Positions 1 through 8,067 are shown, counted from the first letter of the stretch. The stretch: DNA of 30,833 nucleotides from Candidatus Iainarchaeum sp. (GCA_028710695.1 JAQTTP010000008.1:1-30833), one strand, 5' to 3'. The notes: a model not told the origin generated them from the sequence alone. Numbers and translations are program-made.

Positions 1-579
1 GGGCGTCTGGTATGGATCGGAGATTCTGGAACTTCAGCTCCTGCAAATGAAAAATCGATCTCTGAAAAAGATGTAAACCCTCAATCCGCTACTGATAAAG
101 ACTATAGTGGTTGGATAAGGGCCAATGCAGATGGAGATGTTTTGGACTTTTCTGAGCTTATCTCTGTTGAGTTTTTAGGAAATTTTTGTGATTTGAAAAA
201 TTGTGCAAATCCATATACTGAATATGTTGGAAAAATGCTTGCAGAAGGTTCAAGCAGTTTAACTAAGCAAATGTTATCTACTGCTGAGCTACATGGAACC
301 TTTTCTTTGGTAAAAACTAAAAAGAAAGTTTCTACTACAGTTGCATTAATGCTAGATTATCAGTCTCATTTGATAACTAATGGTGGAGAAGATCTGGGAA
401 ATATCCAGCCTCTAATAGTTTCATCAGGGCTTGGTGGAAAGGTAGCATATTATGCTGTACCTCCAGAGCACTTCTTTGATTTCTCAGGAAGCGGAGCAGT
501 TCAGATAACTGACTTTGTTAATACTGGTATGTATTATGGAGTGTTAGTAGAGAATCTTTACTTTGGAATGTTGGAGTAA
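1..579 (+). CDS. hypothetical protein, 3' part of a gene that begins upstream of the window
   Basis: Frame 1 is open from nt 1 (GRLVWIGDSGTSAPANEK...) to TAA at 577-579. The tracked TTG at 142 is therefore internal. No family motif recognised. Confidence 0.5.
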   Translation, partial: GRLVWIGDSGTSAPANEKSISEKDVNPQSATDKDYSGWIRANADGDVLDFSELISVEFLGNFCDLKNCANPYTEYVGKMLAEGSSSLTKQMLSTAELHGTFSLVKTKKKVSTTVALMLDYQSHLITNGGEDLGNIQPLIVSSGLGGKVAYYAVPPEHFFDFSGSGAVQITDFVNTGMYYGVLVENLYFGMLE

Positions 580-646
580 AGAAAGGGTTTGTTTTTAAAC
601 TTTTTCCCCTTATAACATTCTCATACTTTTTACGTTTAGTAAATTC

Positions 647-680
647 TGGGTTATCGAGCCATAAGGCGAAGATGGACCCA
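647..680 (+). other. GC-rich stem-loop upstream of tRNA-Leu, unassigned
   Basis: TGGGT(647-651)/ACCCA(676-680), ATC/GAT and GCC-ATAA-GGC can nest into one hairpin. The local GC content is clearly above the AT-rich background. No coding potential. Confidence 0.3.
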
Positions 681-694
681 CTTTTGGCGAACGT

Positions 695-713
695 AGGCTT
701 TTTGTAAAAGCCT
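695..713 (+). other. perfect 8-bp hairpin ending 1 nt before the tRNA 5' end
   Basis: AGGCTTTT-TGT-AAAAGCCT. It shares the core CTTTTTGTAAAAG with the hairpin 3' of the tRNA. Confidence 0.55.
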
Positions 714-714
714 C

Positions 715-798
715 GCTGGGGTACCGAAGCGGTCAAACGGGATAGGCTTAGGACCTATTGGCTTAGTGCCTTCGCAGGTTCAAGTCCTGCCTCCAGCA
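715..798 (+). tRNA. tRNA-Leu, anticodon UAG, class II (long variable arm)
   Basis: Hand-folded cloverleaf. Acceptor GCTGGGG/CTCCAGC (one G-U). D arm CCG..GG..CGG. Anticodon stem ATAGG/CCTAT with loop CTTAGGA (TAG at 749-751). 15-nt variable arm with GGC/GCC stem. T arm GCAGG-TTCAAGT-CCTGC. Discriminator A798. CCA is not encoded. Confidence 0.9.
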
Positions 799-800
799 CT

Positions 801-830
801 ACACCCCTTCTTTTTGTAAAAAGAAGGTGT
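801..830 (+). other. hairpin 3 nt after the tRNA 3' end
   Basis: ACACC(CC)TTCTTTTT-GT-AAAAAGAAGGTGT. It contains the same CTTTTTGTAAAAAG core as the 5' hairpin. Confidence 0.55.
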
Positions 831-841
831 AAAGGTTATCC

Positions 842-876
842 CAAGAAAAACAGGGGGCGTAAAGCCCCTGTTCTTG
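842..876 (+). other. GC-rich hairpin (possible terminator or small structured RNA)
   Basis: CAAG(842-845)/CTTG(873-876) plus AACAGGGG(849-856)/CCCCTGTT(865-872) around the loop GCGTAAAG. Confidence 0.45.
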
Positions 877-912
877 AGGTAATAATATATTACTATTTTT
901 CCTATTTCTTAT

Positions 913-1518
913 GTGGTATTTATGGTGGATAAGAAATTATATTTGTCTGGATTTTTAGTTTTGATATTAATTATTGCAATTGTTTTTTTGGTATTCTCTG
1001 TTGCTAAGCCAAAGGAAAAAGAAATAACAAAAGAAATTGCTGTATTTGAAACAACTCAAGGCACTTTTGAAATTGAGTTAGATAGAAATGCAGCACCAAT
1101 AACTGTGGAGAACTTTGTTAATTATGTTAAAGCAGGATTTTATGATGGAACTGTATTTCACAGAGTAATACCTAACTTTGTTGCACAAGCAGGTGGTTAT
1201 ACTGCTGATGGTGTATCAAAACCAAGAGGAAGCCCAATATTTTTAGAATCTAAGAATGGATTGAGTAATAAATTAGGAACAGTTGCAATGGCAAGAACAA
1301 TGGTAGAGAACAGCGCCACAAGTGAGTTTTATGTTAACCTTAAAGATAACCTATTCCTAGATTACAGCCCAGAAACTGCGGGATATGCAGTGTTTGGAAA
1401 AGTAATAAAGGGAATGGATATTATTTTTAAAATTGCAGAACTACCTACAAAGACCAAATATAATATGGAAGATTGGCCAGTTCAAGATGTGGTTATTACA
1501 AAGGCATATATGAAATAA
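913..1518 (+). CDS. cyclophilin-type peptidyl-prolyl cis-trans isomerase with an N-terminal membrane anchor
   Basis: Motifs FHRVIPNFVAQAGG, GTVAMART..SATSEFYVNL and GYAVFGKVIKGMD. One N-terminal hydrophobic helix (LYLSGFLVLILIIAIVFLVF). The tracked start is GTG 913; the in-frame ATG at 922 is equally plausible. Confidence 0.9.
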   Translation: MVFMVDKKLYLSGFLVLILIIAIVFLVFSVAKPKEKEITKEIAVFETTQGTFEIELDRNAAPITVENFVNYVKAGFYDGTVFHRVIPNFVAQAGGYTADGVSKPRGSPIFLESKNGLSNKLGTVAMARTMVENSATSEFYVNLKDNLFLDYSPETAGYAVFGKVIKGMDIIFKIAELPTKTKYNMEDWPVQDVVITKAYMK

Positions 1519-1532
1519 TATAAAAGTTTGAA

Positions 1533-1564
1533 CCTAACTTGACAGGATCATATCCCTACTTGCT
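1533..1564 (+). repeat. intergenic element copy C (CCTAACT-N15-CCTACTTGCT)
   Basis: One of three same-orientation copies (see 3462-3492 and 27760-27790). Lies between the convergent stops of the PPIase and the membrane-protein gene. Confidence 0.6.
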
Positions 1565-2352
1565 TAAAAAGGTTTTATCAGACAAGTTGTCACATATGAT
1601 AAAAATAATAATCCTAGAAGCAAGTAAACCACTGGTAAAAAGCTTGCAATTATAATGAAAATGTAAAGGATTATTATTAGAACAAAGCAGAATGTGAGCT
1701 TTTCTAAATACTTGTTTAGTCCATTTCTTGTGAACTGTTTGAATAACCCTTTGAATACCTCTTTTATTTGTGAAGTTTTGACTTTGTAATCTGTAGAATG
1801 CATTGGTAAAACCATTAGATCAAGGAATGTTGGGAATAATGCAATGTAAATAATTGTGAATAAATAGTTTAAAATTTTTGTTACTACTGCTACGTTTATC
1901 AAGGTTCCTAATAATAGATCTAGGCCGTACATAATTCCTACAATAATTAAGACCAATATTGGGCCCAGTAGATAAGATGGGTATTTTTTTATTAAACTTA
2001 AAAACTTTGTCTGCTTGTATGCTTCTCCAAGCTTTTCCTCTTCGCCATTTTTGAATTCGCCTTTCTTGTTTGCCTCTACAATTTCAGAAAGAACTTTTGT
2101 CTTTACTAAACCTGCAAAGAAATAATAGAACCCAACGAAGAATGTAAGAACACCAAATATGATGTAAAGCAACAAACGATAATTATAGATTCCTTCTGGG
2201 CTGTATTTTATTGCTAGCCCGATAAGCAGTGCAAGAAGAAGGATTATTAGCATTCCAAAAAAGTAGTTTAGCACGTTTCCAAGATATGGTGTAATTGTTT
2301 TATATGAAATTATTGCTTCTTTTAGTCTGGAAACTACTTTATTAAATACCAT
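1564..2352 (-). CDS. polytopic membrane protein, unknown function
   Basis: 262-aa ORF with about 6 hydrophobic segments and a charged central loop (EANKKGEFKNGEEEKLGE). No family motif recognised. Confidence 0.6.
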   Translation of the reverse strand: MVFNKVVSRLKEAIISYKTITPYLGNVLNYFFGMLIILLLALLIGLAIKYSPEGIYNYRLLLYIIFGVLTFFVGFYYFFAGLVKTKVLSEIVEANKKGEFKNGEEEKLGEAYKQTKFLSLIKKYPSYLLGPILVLIIVGIMYGLDLLLGTLINVAVVTKILNYLFTIIYIALFPTFLDLMVLPMHSTDYKVKTSQIKEVFKGLFKQFTRNGLNKYLEKLTFCFVLIIILYIFIIIASFLPVVYLLLGLLFLSYVTTCLIKPF

Positions 2353-2441
2353 AAGAATGATTAAAAAGCAAAACTTTATAAAGGCTTGTTGTTTTTATAT
2401 AATGAGAAAATTATGTTTAATCTTATTTTGGAGGGTGTAAT

Positions 2442-3416
2442 ATGCACATGCTAAAAAAAGGTATTTTATTTGGTCTTGGTTTGAAGAACACAAACAAGAA
2501 GCACATAAAAGACTTTGTTGATGATTTATACAAGAAAGGCTATGTTGGTTATGAGGAAGCCGAAGAACTATTCAAGACTCTTGTAGAAAAAGCAAGAGGT
2601 CAAAGAGACTCTACAAAGAGCCACATAGAAGAGCAAATTAAAAACTATATTAAAGAATACGATGAACTAATCTACGAGCACTTGCTTTACTTAGAAAGAA
2701 GAGTTGAGCAATTGGAAGATGAAATTGAAAGAATGCAATTAGAGAAAGAGCTTGAAAACATGAGCGATGACGATCTAGAAAAGCTTATTAGCGAATTTGA
2801 AGCAGATCTTCCAAAAGGCCCAAAGAGTAAGAAAGAGAAAGAGCAAGATAAGATAATAACTGATATAATAAATCACGATCATGATATTGACGACAAGAAA
2901 TTAGAAGAAATCCTTTTTGGAGACGACAGAAAACACACAGTAAAAGTGAAAGTGAAAGCTAAAAAGGGCAAGAAGGCAAAGAAAGTTAAGAAGAAAAAAG
3001 TAAAGAAAGTAAAAAAAGCCAAAAAAAAGAAAGTAAAAACAATAAAGGCAAAGGCTCCTAAAGTTAAAAAGGAAAAGAAGAAAAAAGCTAAAAAGGCAAA
3101 AGTGAAGAAATCAAAGAAAAGATCTTCTAAAAGCAAAGCTAAGAAAGGCACAAAACAAATAGTTGCAAATAAGGATTCAAACATAATAATTAATGTAAAT
3201 ACTGATGTAACTCCTTCTGAAAATAAGCCTTTAGCAAAAAAAGTAACTGTAAAGAAATCAAAGAAAGCGAAAAAAGTTAAAGCTAAAGCTCCTAAGGCAA
3301 AAAAGTCAAAAAAGCCAAAGGCAAAGAAAGCAAAGCGATCTAAAAAACAAAAAAAGTCAACGCCTACAACAAAATCATATAAGAAAACAGTTGAAACAAT
3401 AGAAGAAGTATCTTAA
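2442..3416 (+). CDS. coiled-coil protein with a histone-H1-like poly-Lys/Ala C-terminal tail (putative nucleic-acid-binding)
   Basis: SD GGAGGGTG lies 4 nt upstream of the ATG. The N-terminal ~160 aa are helical and acidic (LERRVEQLEDEIERMQLEKELE). The C-terminal ~160 aa are more than half Lys (KKAKKVKKKKVKKVKKAKKKK..., AKAPKAKKSKKPKAKKAK). Confidence 0.7.
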   Translation: MHMLKKGILFGLGLKNTNKKHIKDFVDDLYKKGYVGYEEAEELFKTLVEKARGQRDSTKSHIEEQIKNYIKEYDELIYEHLLYLERRVEQLEDEIERMQLEKELENMSDDDLEKLISEFEADLPKGPKSKKEKEQDKIITDIINHDHDIDDKKLEEILFGDDRKHTVKVKVKAKKGKKAKKVKKKKVKKVKKAKKKKVKTIKAKAPKVKKEKKKKAKKAKVKKSKKRSSKSKAKKGTKQIVANKDSNIIINVNTDVTPSENKPLAKKVTVKKSKKAKKVKAKAPKAKKSKKPKAKKAKRSKKQKKSTPTTKSYKKTVETIEEVS

Positions 3417-3452
3417 AGGGAATAATCTCTTCCCTCTTTTATTTTATTTTTT
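3417..3452 (+). terminator. hairpin + oligo-T terminator after the Lys-rich gene
   Basis: AGGGAA-TAATCTC-TTCCCT followed by CTTTTATTTTATTTTTT. Confidence 0.6.
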
Positions 3453-3461
3453 ATCTTAAGA

Positions 3462-3492
3462 CCTAACTAATGCTGTCCTTGCCCTACTTCCT
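3462..3492 (+). repeat. intergenic element copy A (CCTAACT-N14-CCTACTTCCT)
   Basis: 28/36 identical to copy B when aligned by eye, counting flanking bases. Lies between the terminator and the livH promoter. Confidence 0.6.
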
Positions 3493-3500
3493 CTGAATAC

Positions 3501-3512
3501 CTTTTTATATCT
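3501..3512 (+). promoter_or_regulatory. TATA-like box for livH (leaderless-type spacing)
   Basis: CTTTTTATATCT is centred about 27 nt upstream of ATG 3533. No SD-like purine run lies between them. Confidence 0.35.
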
Positions 3513-3532
3513 ATATTCCCTTTTTTGTATAG

Positions 3533-4399
3533 ATGTTATTCCAAGTTTTTGTTAATGCAATGATTGTTGGAAGTATATATGCCCTTGTGGCTGTTGGGTT
3601 TGTTCTGACTTATACAACAACAAAATTCCTTAACTTTGGGCATGGTGCCACAGTTGCATTATCTGCATACTTGTTTTTGGTTTCATTTGATTATGTTGGA
3701 TACTTTGGGGCTTTCATAGTTGCTTGTTTATCAGCAGTTTTGTTTAATTTTGTAGTTTACCAATTTTTGTATAAGAGGCTTATGGGTAAGAAAGCCTCAA
3801 AAGTTATTTTGCTTCTAGTTTCTTTTGGAGTTTTGATTGCAGTTGAGAGTATTATTCAAATTGTATTCTCTGCATCCCCACGTAGATTGAATGTCCCGAT
3901 TGTAGAGGGTTTAAACCTGTTTGGGGCAAAGATAACCGGGATCCAAATTTTTATAGTCATAATAACTATTCTGATTTTAATTGCAGTATGGATTGTAATG
4001 AAAAAAACAAAAGTAGGGTTGGGTCTAAGAGCTATTGCAGATAACCCAGATTTGGCAGAGGTTTATGGTCTGAATTCTAAAAAGATCATTGTGGCCTCAT
4101 TTATGATTGCAGGGGTTTTGGGTGCAATTGCTGGTATGGCGATCTCTTTAGATTATGTTATAACTCCAACAGTTGGAACTGGGTATATGATTAAAGGGTT
4201 TGTTGGTGCTGTAACTGGTGGGCTTAACACTGTGTATGGTTCGATATTTGGAAGCTATGTAGTTGGTCTGTTTGAGAACTATGGTGCTTGGTTCTTTAAT
4301 TCCGGGTACAAGGATGCAATAGCATTCTTTTTATTATTTATTATGCTTATTATAAGGCCACAGGGCTTATTTGGAATCAAGAAAGGAATAAGGGGTTAG
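3533..4399 (+). CDS. livH: branched-chain amino acid (HAAT family) ABC transporter permease, LivH-type
   Basis: MLFQVFVNAMIVGSIYALVAVGFVLTY..LNFGHG is a LivH/BraD-type N-terminus. About 8 TM segments. Ends ..RPQGLFG. Confidence 0.9.
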   Translation: MLFQVFVNAMIVGSIYALVAVGFVLTYTTTKFLNFGHGATVALSAYLFLVSFDYVGYFGAFIVACLSAVLFNFVVYQFLYKRLMGKKASKVILLLVSFGVLIAVESIIQIVFSASPRRLNVPIVEGLNLFGAKITGIQIFIVIITILILIAVWIVMKKTKVGLGLRAIADNPDLAEVYGLNSKKIIVASFMIAGVLGAIAGMAISLDYVITPTVGTGYMIKGFVGAVTGGLNTVYGSIFGSYVVGLFENYGAWFFNSGYKDAIAFFLLFIMLIIRPQGLFGIKKGIRG

Positions 4400-4405
4400 G
4401 TATAA

Positions 4406-5536
4406 GTGGGTGTATTTATGGATAAAAAAAGATTAGTGAATTTTTTTATTGTTCTTGTTCTAACAATTGTAATTGTTTTACTTATTATTTTTTCAGGAAC
4501 AACAGAAACCTACAAAATTGGATATGTTGGTGCAATGACTGGCCCAATGGCAAAGTATGGGTCTTATGAGGCAGTAAGCCTTGCTATTGATGAAATTAAC
4601 GACAAGGGCGGAATAAGCGGGAAACAGATTGAATTAATTGCAGAAGATGGAAAATGTAATGCTCAAGACGCAGTTGCCGGAGCAAACAAATTGATATTCC
4701 AAGATGGTGTAAAAGTAATTTTGGGAGGCCATTGTAGTCCGGAAAGTTTGGCAATAGCATCTTTAAGCGAAGAAAATAAAGTGATACAACTTGCATCTAT
4801 AACTACAAGCCCAAAGTATTCTGACTTTGGAGATTATATTTTTAGAACCTCTCCTTCTAGTGCTGTGCAAGGCGAAGTAATTTCAAATGCAATAAAAGCA
4901 CAAGGCTATACAAAAGTAGCAATTTTATTTGAGAAAACAGATTATGCAGAGCCAATAGCTGCAAATTTGAAAACAGGTGTAGAGAAATTTGGTCAAGTAG
5001 TTTATTATGATCAATATGTAACTGGGACAAACGATTTCAAAACGGAAGTATCAAAAATTGTAGAATCAGGTGCAGAGATAGTGTTCATATCTCCGCAGGC
5101 CCCAGATGCAACTTTATTAATTGTTAAACAGCTTTTAGAACAGGGTTCTACAGCAAAGATATTTGGAAACGATGTAACTGGTAATCTATCTGTGATAGAA
5201 AAAGATCCAACTATTTTTGAAGGAATGATCTTCACAACTCCATCTTTTGATTCAAATTCTGAGATGTACTTAATGTTTTCACAAAAGTATAAAGAAAAAT
5301 ATGGTGTTGATGTTCCTTATGGGTTTTGGACTGCAGAATCATATGATGCAGTGTTTATAATTGCAAATGCAATAAATGAGAATGGATATGATTCTGATGG
5401 AATAAAAACTTATTTAGAGGCTTTAACAGGCTTTAAAGGATCATCTGGAACAATTAGTATAAATGCATTACACGATGGAATCAGAAGTTATTCTTTGAGA
5501 ACTGTAAAATCTGGAAAAATAGTTAATTATGAATAA
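4406..5536 (+). CDS. ABC transporter substrate-binding protein 1 (Leu/Ile/Val-binding-protein-like type I PBP)
   Basis: YKIGYVGAMTGPMAKYGS..AIDEINDKGGISGKQIELIAEDGKC..AGANKLI.QDGVKVILGG. N-terminal TM anchor with no Cys. The likely true start is ATG 4418. Confidence 0.85.
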   Translation: MGVFMDKKRLVNFFIVLVLTIVIVLLIIFSGTTETYKIGYVGAMTGPMAKYGSYEAVSLAIDEINDKGGISGKQIELIAEDGKCNAQDAVAGANKLIFQDGVKVILGGHCSPESLAIASLSEENKVIQLASITTSPKYSDFGDYIFRTSPSSAVQGEVISNAIKAQGYTKVAILFEKTDYAEPIAANLKTGVEKFGQVVYYDQYVTGTNDFKTEVSKIVESGAEIVFISPQAPDATLLIVKQLLEQGSTAKIFGNDVTGNLSVIEKDPTIFEGMIFTTPSFDSNSEMYLMFSQKYKEKYGVDVPYGFWTAESYDAVFIIANAINENGYDSDGIKTYLEALTGFKGSSGTISINALHDGIRSYSLRTVKSGKIVNYE

Positions 5537-5570
5537 TTGTTATTAAATTAATGTTTAAGGGGGTAATGGT

Positions 5571-6197
5571 ATGAAGTATTTAGGTTTATTATTAGTTGTG
5601 CTTTTATGTTTTGCACTTCTTTTTAGTGGGTGTGTTGGAAGTAGTACGACTGGCGAAGAAAAAATAGCAGGTGGAGAAGTAAAAGCAGGAGAAACTTATT
5701 CTGCAAGCGATAGTTTAAGCGACTGGAAGAACATAGTTGATGCTATTGACGATGGAAAAACAGTTAAATGTGAATATAATATAAACGGAAACAAAGTTAC
5801 TATGATTTTATCAGAGTTTAAGAATTATATGCACTTTTATGGTTTGACGGGAGCAACAAGTCCTTTGAATGCACAAACAGAGTTTAAGGATAATACAATG
5901 ACTTCTTATGTTTGGCAGGACACAGGGTCTGTAATACCTGATGAGTATTTATCAATATATAAGCAGTATGTGGACATTCCAGATGGAAAAAGAATTGGGG
6001 CAAAGAATGCAACTCCTTCTACTGCAGAATCATGGAAAAGTACATGGGACTATGATCCTGATAAAGCATATAGTTCTGAAGAATCACAATTTGATATGTC
6101 TTGGAGCTGTAGTACTTTGAGTTATGCATTTGGTTTACCTACTGATGTATATTTCATAGATCAACAAGAAGTAGCTAAGCAAATGGGCGGAGAATAA
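5571..6197 (+). CDS. putative lipoprotein, unknown function
   Basis: Signal peptide with lipobox-like LLFSGC|VGSS. SD GGGGGT upstream. The mature part has no recognisable motif. Confidence 0.65.
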   Translation: MKYLGLLLVVLLCFALLFSGCVGSSTTGEEKIAGGEVKAGETYSASDSLSDWKNIVDAIDDGKTVKCEYNINGNKVTMILSEFKNYMHFYGLTGATSPLNAQTEFKDNTMTSYVWQDTGSVIPDEYLSIYKQYVDIPDGKRIGAKNATPSTAESWKSTWDYDPDKAYSSEESQFDMSWSCSTLSYAFGLPTDVYFIDQQEVAKQMGGE

Positions 6198-6219
6198 TTC
6201 TCCCTTTTTTTTATTTTTT
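6189..6219 (+). terminator. hairpin + T-tract terminator
   Basis: GGAGAA-TAA-TTCTCC spans the stop codon and is followed by CTTTTTTTTTATTTTTT. Confidence 0.6.
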
Positions 6220-7066
6220 GAGGCCTTTCATGGATATATCAAAAATAAGGTTTGGAACAAGTGGGAATCCACCTAATTTTTTTAAATCAAAGTTCGGAAA
6301 AGATAGAAAATATGCAGTAGAGTGGATTAACTCAACAGGATTGAACGCTTATGAGTACCTAATGACTTATGGTGCAAGGTTACAAAAAGATAAAGCAGAT
6401 TATCTAAGAAAGAAAGCAGAAGAATTAGATGTAAGTTTGTCTGTGCATGGTCCATATTATGTTGTACTAACCTCTTTGGATTCTAAAAAATTAGAAAATG
6501 GTAGAACAGAACTGTTAAGGACTTTAGAAAAAACAGAATGGCTTGGAAGCAAAAAAGTGGTTTTGCACCCTGGATTTCACAATAATCCAAATGCTTTAAA
6601 AGATTTTATAAAAAATTTAAACTTAGTAACTGACTCTTATTCTGGAAAAGTAAAAGTCCTTCCAGAAACAATGGGTAAAAAATCTCAGTTAGGTAGTTTG
6701 GATGAAGTTCTTGAGATAAGTAGGGTGTGTGGAACTGTGCCCTGTGTTGATTTTGGACATTTACATGCAAGGGATTTAGGTTGTTTAAATAATCCAGAAG
6801 ATTTTAGAAAAGTATTAAATAAAATTGAAAATACTTTGGGCACAAAGGCCTTGAAAGAATTACATTGCCATTTTTATCCTGTTGAGTTTACAGATAAAGG
6901 GGAAAAGACCCATAGGGCGGTAATGGAAAAGGATGCTTATCCCAAATTTAAAGATTTTGCCCCTTTAATAAAAGAATATAATATGAATCCAACGCTAATT
7001 TCAGAATCAATGAACAGCCAAGATATTGGTGCTTTAGAAATGCAAACTATTCTTAGAAAAATCTAG
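6218..7066 (+). CDS. AP-endonuclease-2 / endonuclease IV-like TIM-barrel protein
   Basis: SVHGPYY, VVLHPGF, LPETMGKKSQLG, CVDFGHLHARD, LHCHF and LISES are colinear with the Nfo-type metal-ligand motifs. The start is probably ATG 6230, because TTG 6218 sits inside the upstream terminator T-tract. Confidence 0.6.
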   Translation: MRPFMDISKIRFGTSGNPPNFFKSKFGKDRKYAVEWINSTGLNAYEYLMTYGARLQKDKADYLRKKAEELDVSLSVHGPYYVVLTSLDSKKLENGRTELLRTLEKTEWLGSKKVVLHPGFHNNPNALKDFIKNLNLVTDSYSGKVKVLPETMGKKSQLGSLDEVLEISRVCGTVPCVDFGHLHARDLGCLNNPEDFRKVLNKIENTLGTKALKELHCHFYPVEFTDKGEKTHRAVMEKDAYPKFKDFAPLIKEYNMNPTLISESMNSQDIGALEMQTILRKI

Positions 7067-8022
7067 TTCCAGTAAAAAGGACCCCAGATTATAGTGTACT
7101 CTTTGTATAAATCTAAAATATCATAAGAAAGATATTTTCCTAAGAACTTCTTTTTGAATTCACCTAATATGTTTCTTATCTCTTCATTGTCATCCACAAA
7201 AATTTCTATTGTCAAATCATATTTTCCTAGAAGTTGAATTGAGTGTATGCATTTGTTTGTCCTGTCGAAGAAGTTTGTAATTTCTGGGATTGAATCTAAG
7301 TCTTTTATTATGAAGTTTATTTGTGTGAACTTCTTTCCTAGCTTGTTGTAGTCTATTGCAACCATGTATCTCAAAATAACTTTTTCTTTTTCTAATCTTT
7401 TTATTCTATATTTAATTACTTTTGGATCTAAGTTTAGCTTTTGTCCAATCTCAACTAAAGGCATTCTTGCATTTATTGACAAAATATTTAGTATTTTTAT
7501 GTCTTGTTCATCTACCTTATTGTTTATTCTTTCATCTTGTTCATACACAGTTCTTATCTTTTCACAGCCGTCATATAGCCTAATATTAAATCTATTAATG
7601 TTTAGTGGAAAGTGCATGTCTTTCTCTATTATGTGTTCTCCATAGTTTCTTTTAAGTTCGGTTATGAATCCTTGGAATTGATTTGGTGTTTTTACCATAA
7701 GTAGAACAACAACATCATAGCTTCCTTGGCTACTGCCTAGATAAGCACAATACTTTTGGTTTTTTATGTAATCCAAAATCTCGTTTTCAAGTTGGGGGGT
7801 AACATTGTGGAGTTTTATTAGAAGCTTGTAATAGAAGTGATTCAGCTTTGCAGTATTGAAGGCAGTGTAGAATTCAGTTATAACTCCAGAAGTTATTAGC
7901 TTGTCTATTCTATATTTCACAGTCTCTTTCGATGCACCTGCTTTTTTCCCTATTTCAGTAAGGGGGGCCCTAGAGTTAATATCTAGTTCTGTTAATATCT
8001 TTCTGTCTAATAAATCAAGCAT
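7063..8022 (-). CDS. Lrp/AsnC-family transcription regulator, tandem-duplicated (two HTH + two RAM-like units in one chain)
   Basis: Unit 1: LDRKILTELDINSRAPLTEIGKKAGASKETVKYRIDKLITSGVI. Unit 2: DEQDIKILNILSINARMPLVEIGQKLNLDPKVIKYRIKRLEKEKVI. Each is followed by a ~70-aa alpha/beta segment. Confidence 0.8.
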   Translation of the reverse strand: MLDLLDRKILTELDINSRAPLTEIGKKAGASKETVKYRIDKLITSGVITEFYTAFNTAKLNHFYYKLLIKLHNVTPQLENEILDYIKNQKYCAYLGSSQGSYDVVVLLMVKTPNQFQGFITELKRNYGEHIIEKDMHFPLNINRFNIRLYDGCEKIRTVYEQDERINNKVDEQDIKILNILSINARMPLVEIGQKLNLDPKVIKYRIKRLEKEKVILRYMVAIDYNKLGKKFTQINFIIKDLDSIPEITNFFDRTNKCIHSIQLLGKYDLTIEIFVDDNEEIRNILGEFKKKFLGKYLSYDILDLYKEYTIIWGPFYWN

Positions 8023-8037
8023 GTAATTGTATTAAGC

Positions 8038-8067
8038 ACAAAAAGGAATATATTTATTTCCCTTTTG
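8038..8067. promoter_or_regulatory. 8-bp inverted repeat flanking a TATA-like box in the lrp / SBP2 divergent intergenic region
   Basis: ACAAAAGG-N14(AATATATTTATTTC)-CCTTTTGT, 16-45 nt upstream of the lrp ATG (8022, minus strand). An exact 10-mer AAATCAAGCA also occurs at 8012-8021 and 8071-8080. Confidence 0.4.

Noticed and set aside
142-579. Tracked start at TTG 142 for the first ORF
   Set aside because: The same frame is open back to nt 1, so the gene more likely continues upstream of the window.
518-736. 72-aa minus-strand ORF
   Set aside because: It overlaps both the end of the upstream CDS and the tRNA-Leu gene. It has no motif or ribosome-binding site and is most likely spurious.
2879-3184. 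101-aa Phe-rich ORF antisense to the Lys-rich gene
   Set aside because: It is the mirror image of AAG/AAA Lys codons (TTT/CTT) and is low-complexity. It has no start context or independent support.
2940-3360. Purine-rich repetitive DNA that might be a tandem repeat or CRISPR-like array
   Set aside because: There is no fixed period and no repeat/spacer alternation. It is explained by irregular Lys/Ala codon repetition inside an intact ORF.
7063-7066. Convergent genes sharing the palindrome CTAG as both stop codons
   Set aside because: This is a real overlap but a trivial consequence of genome compaction. There is no evidence of regulatory meaning.
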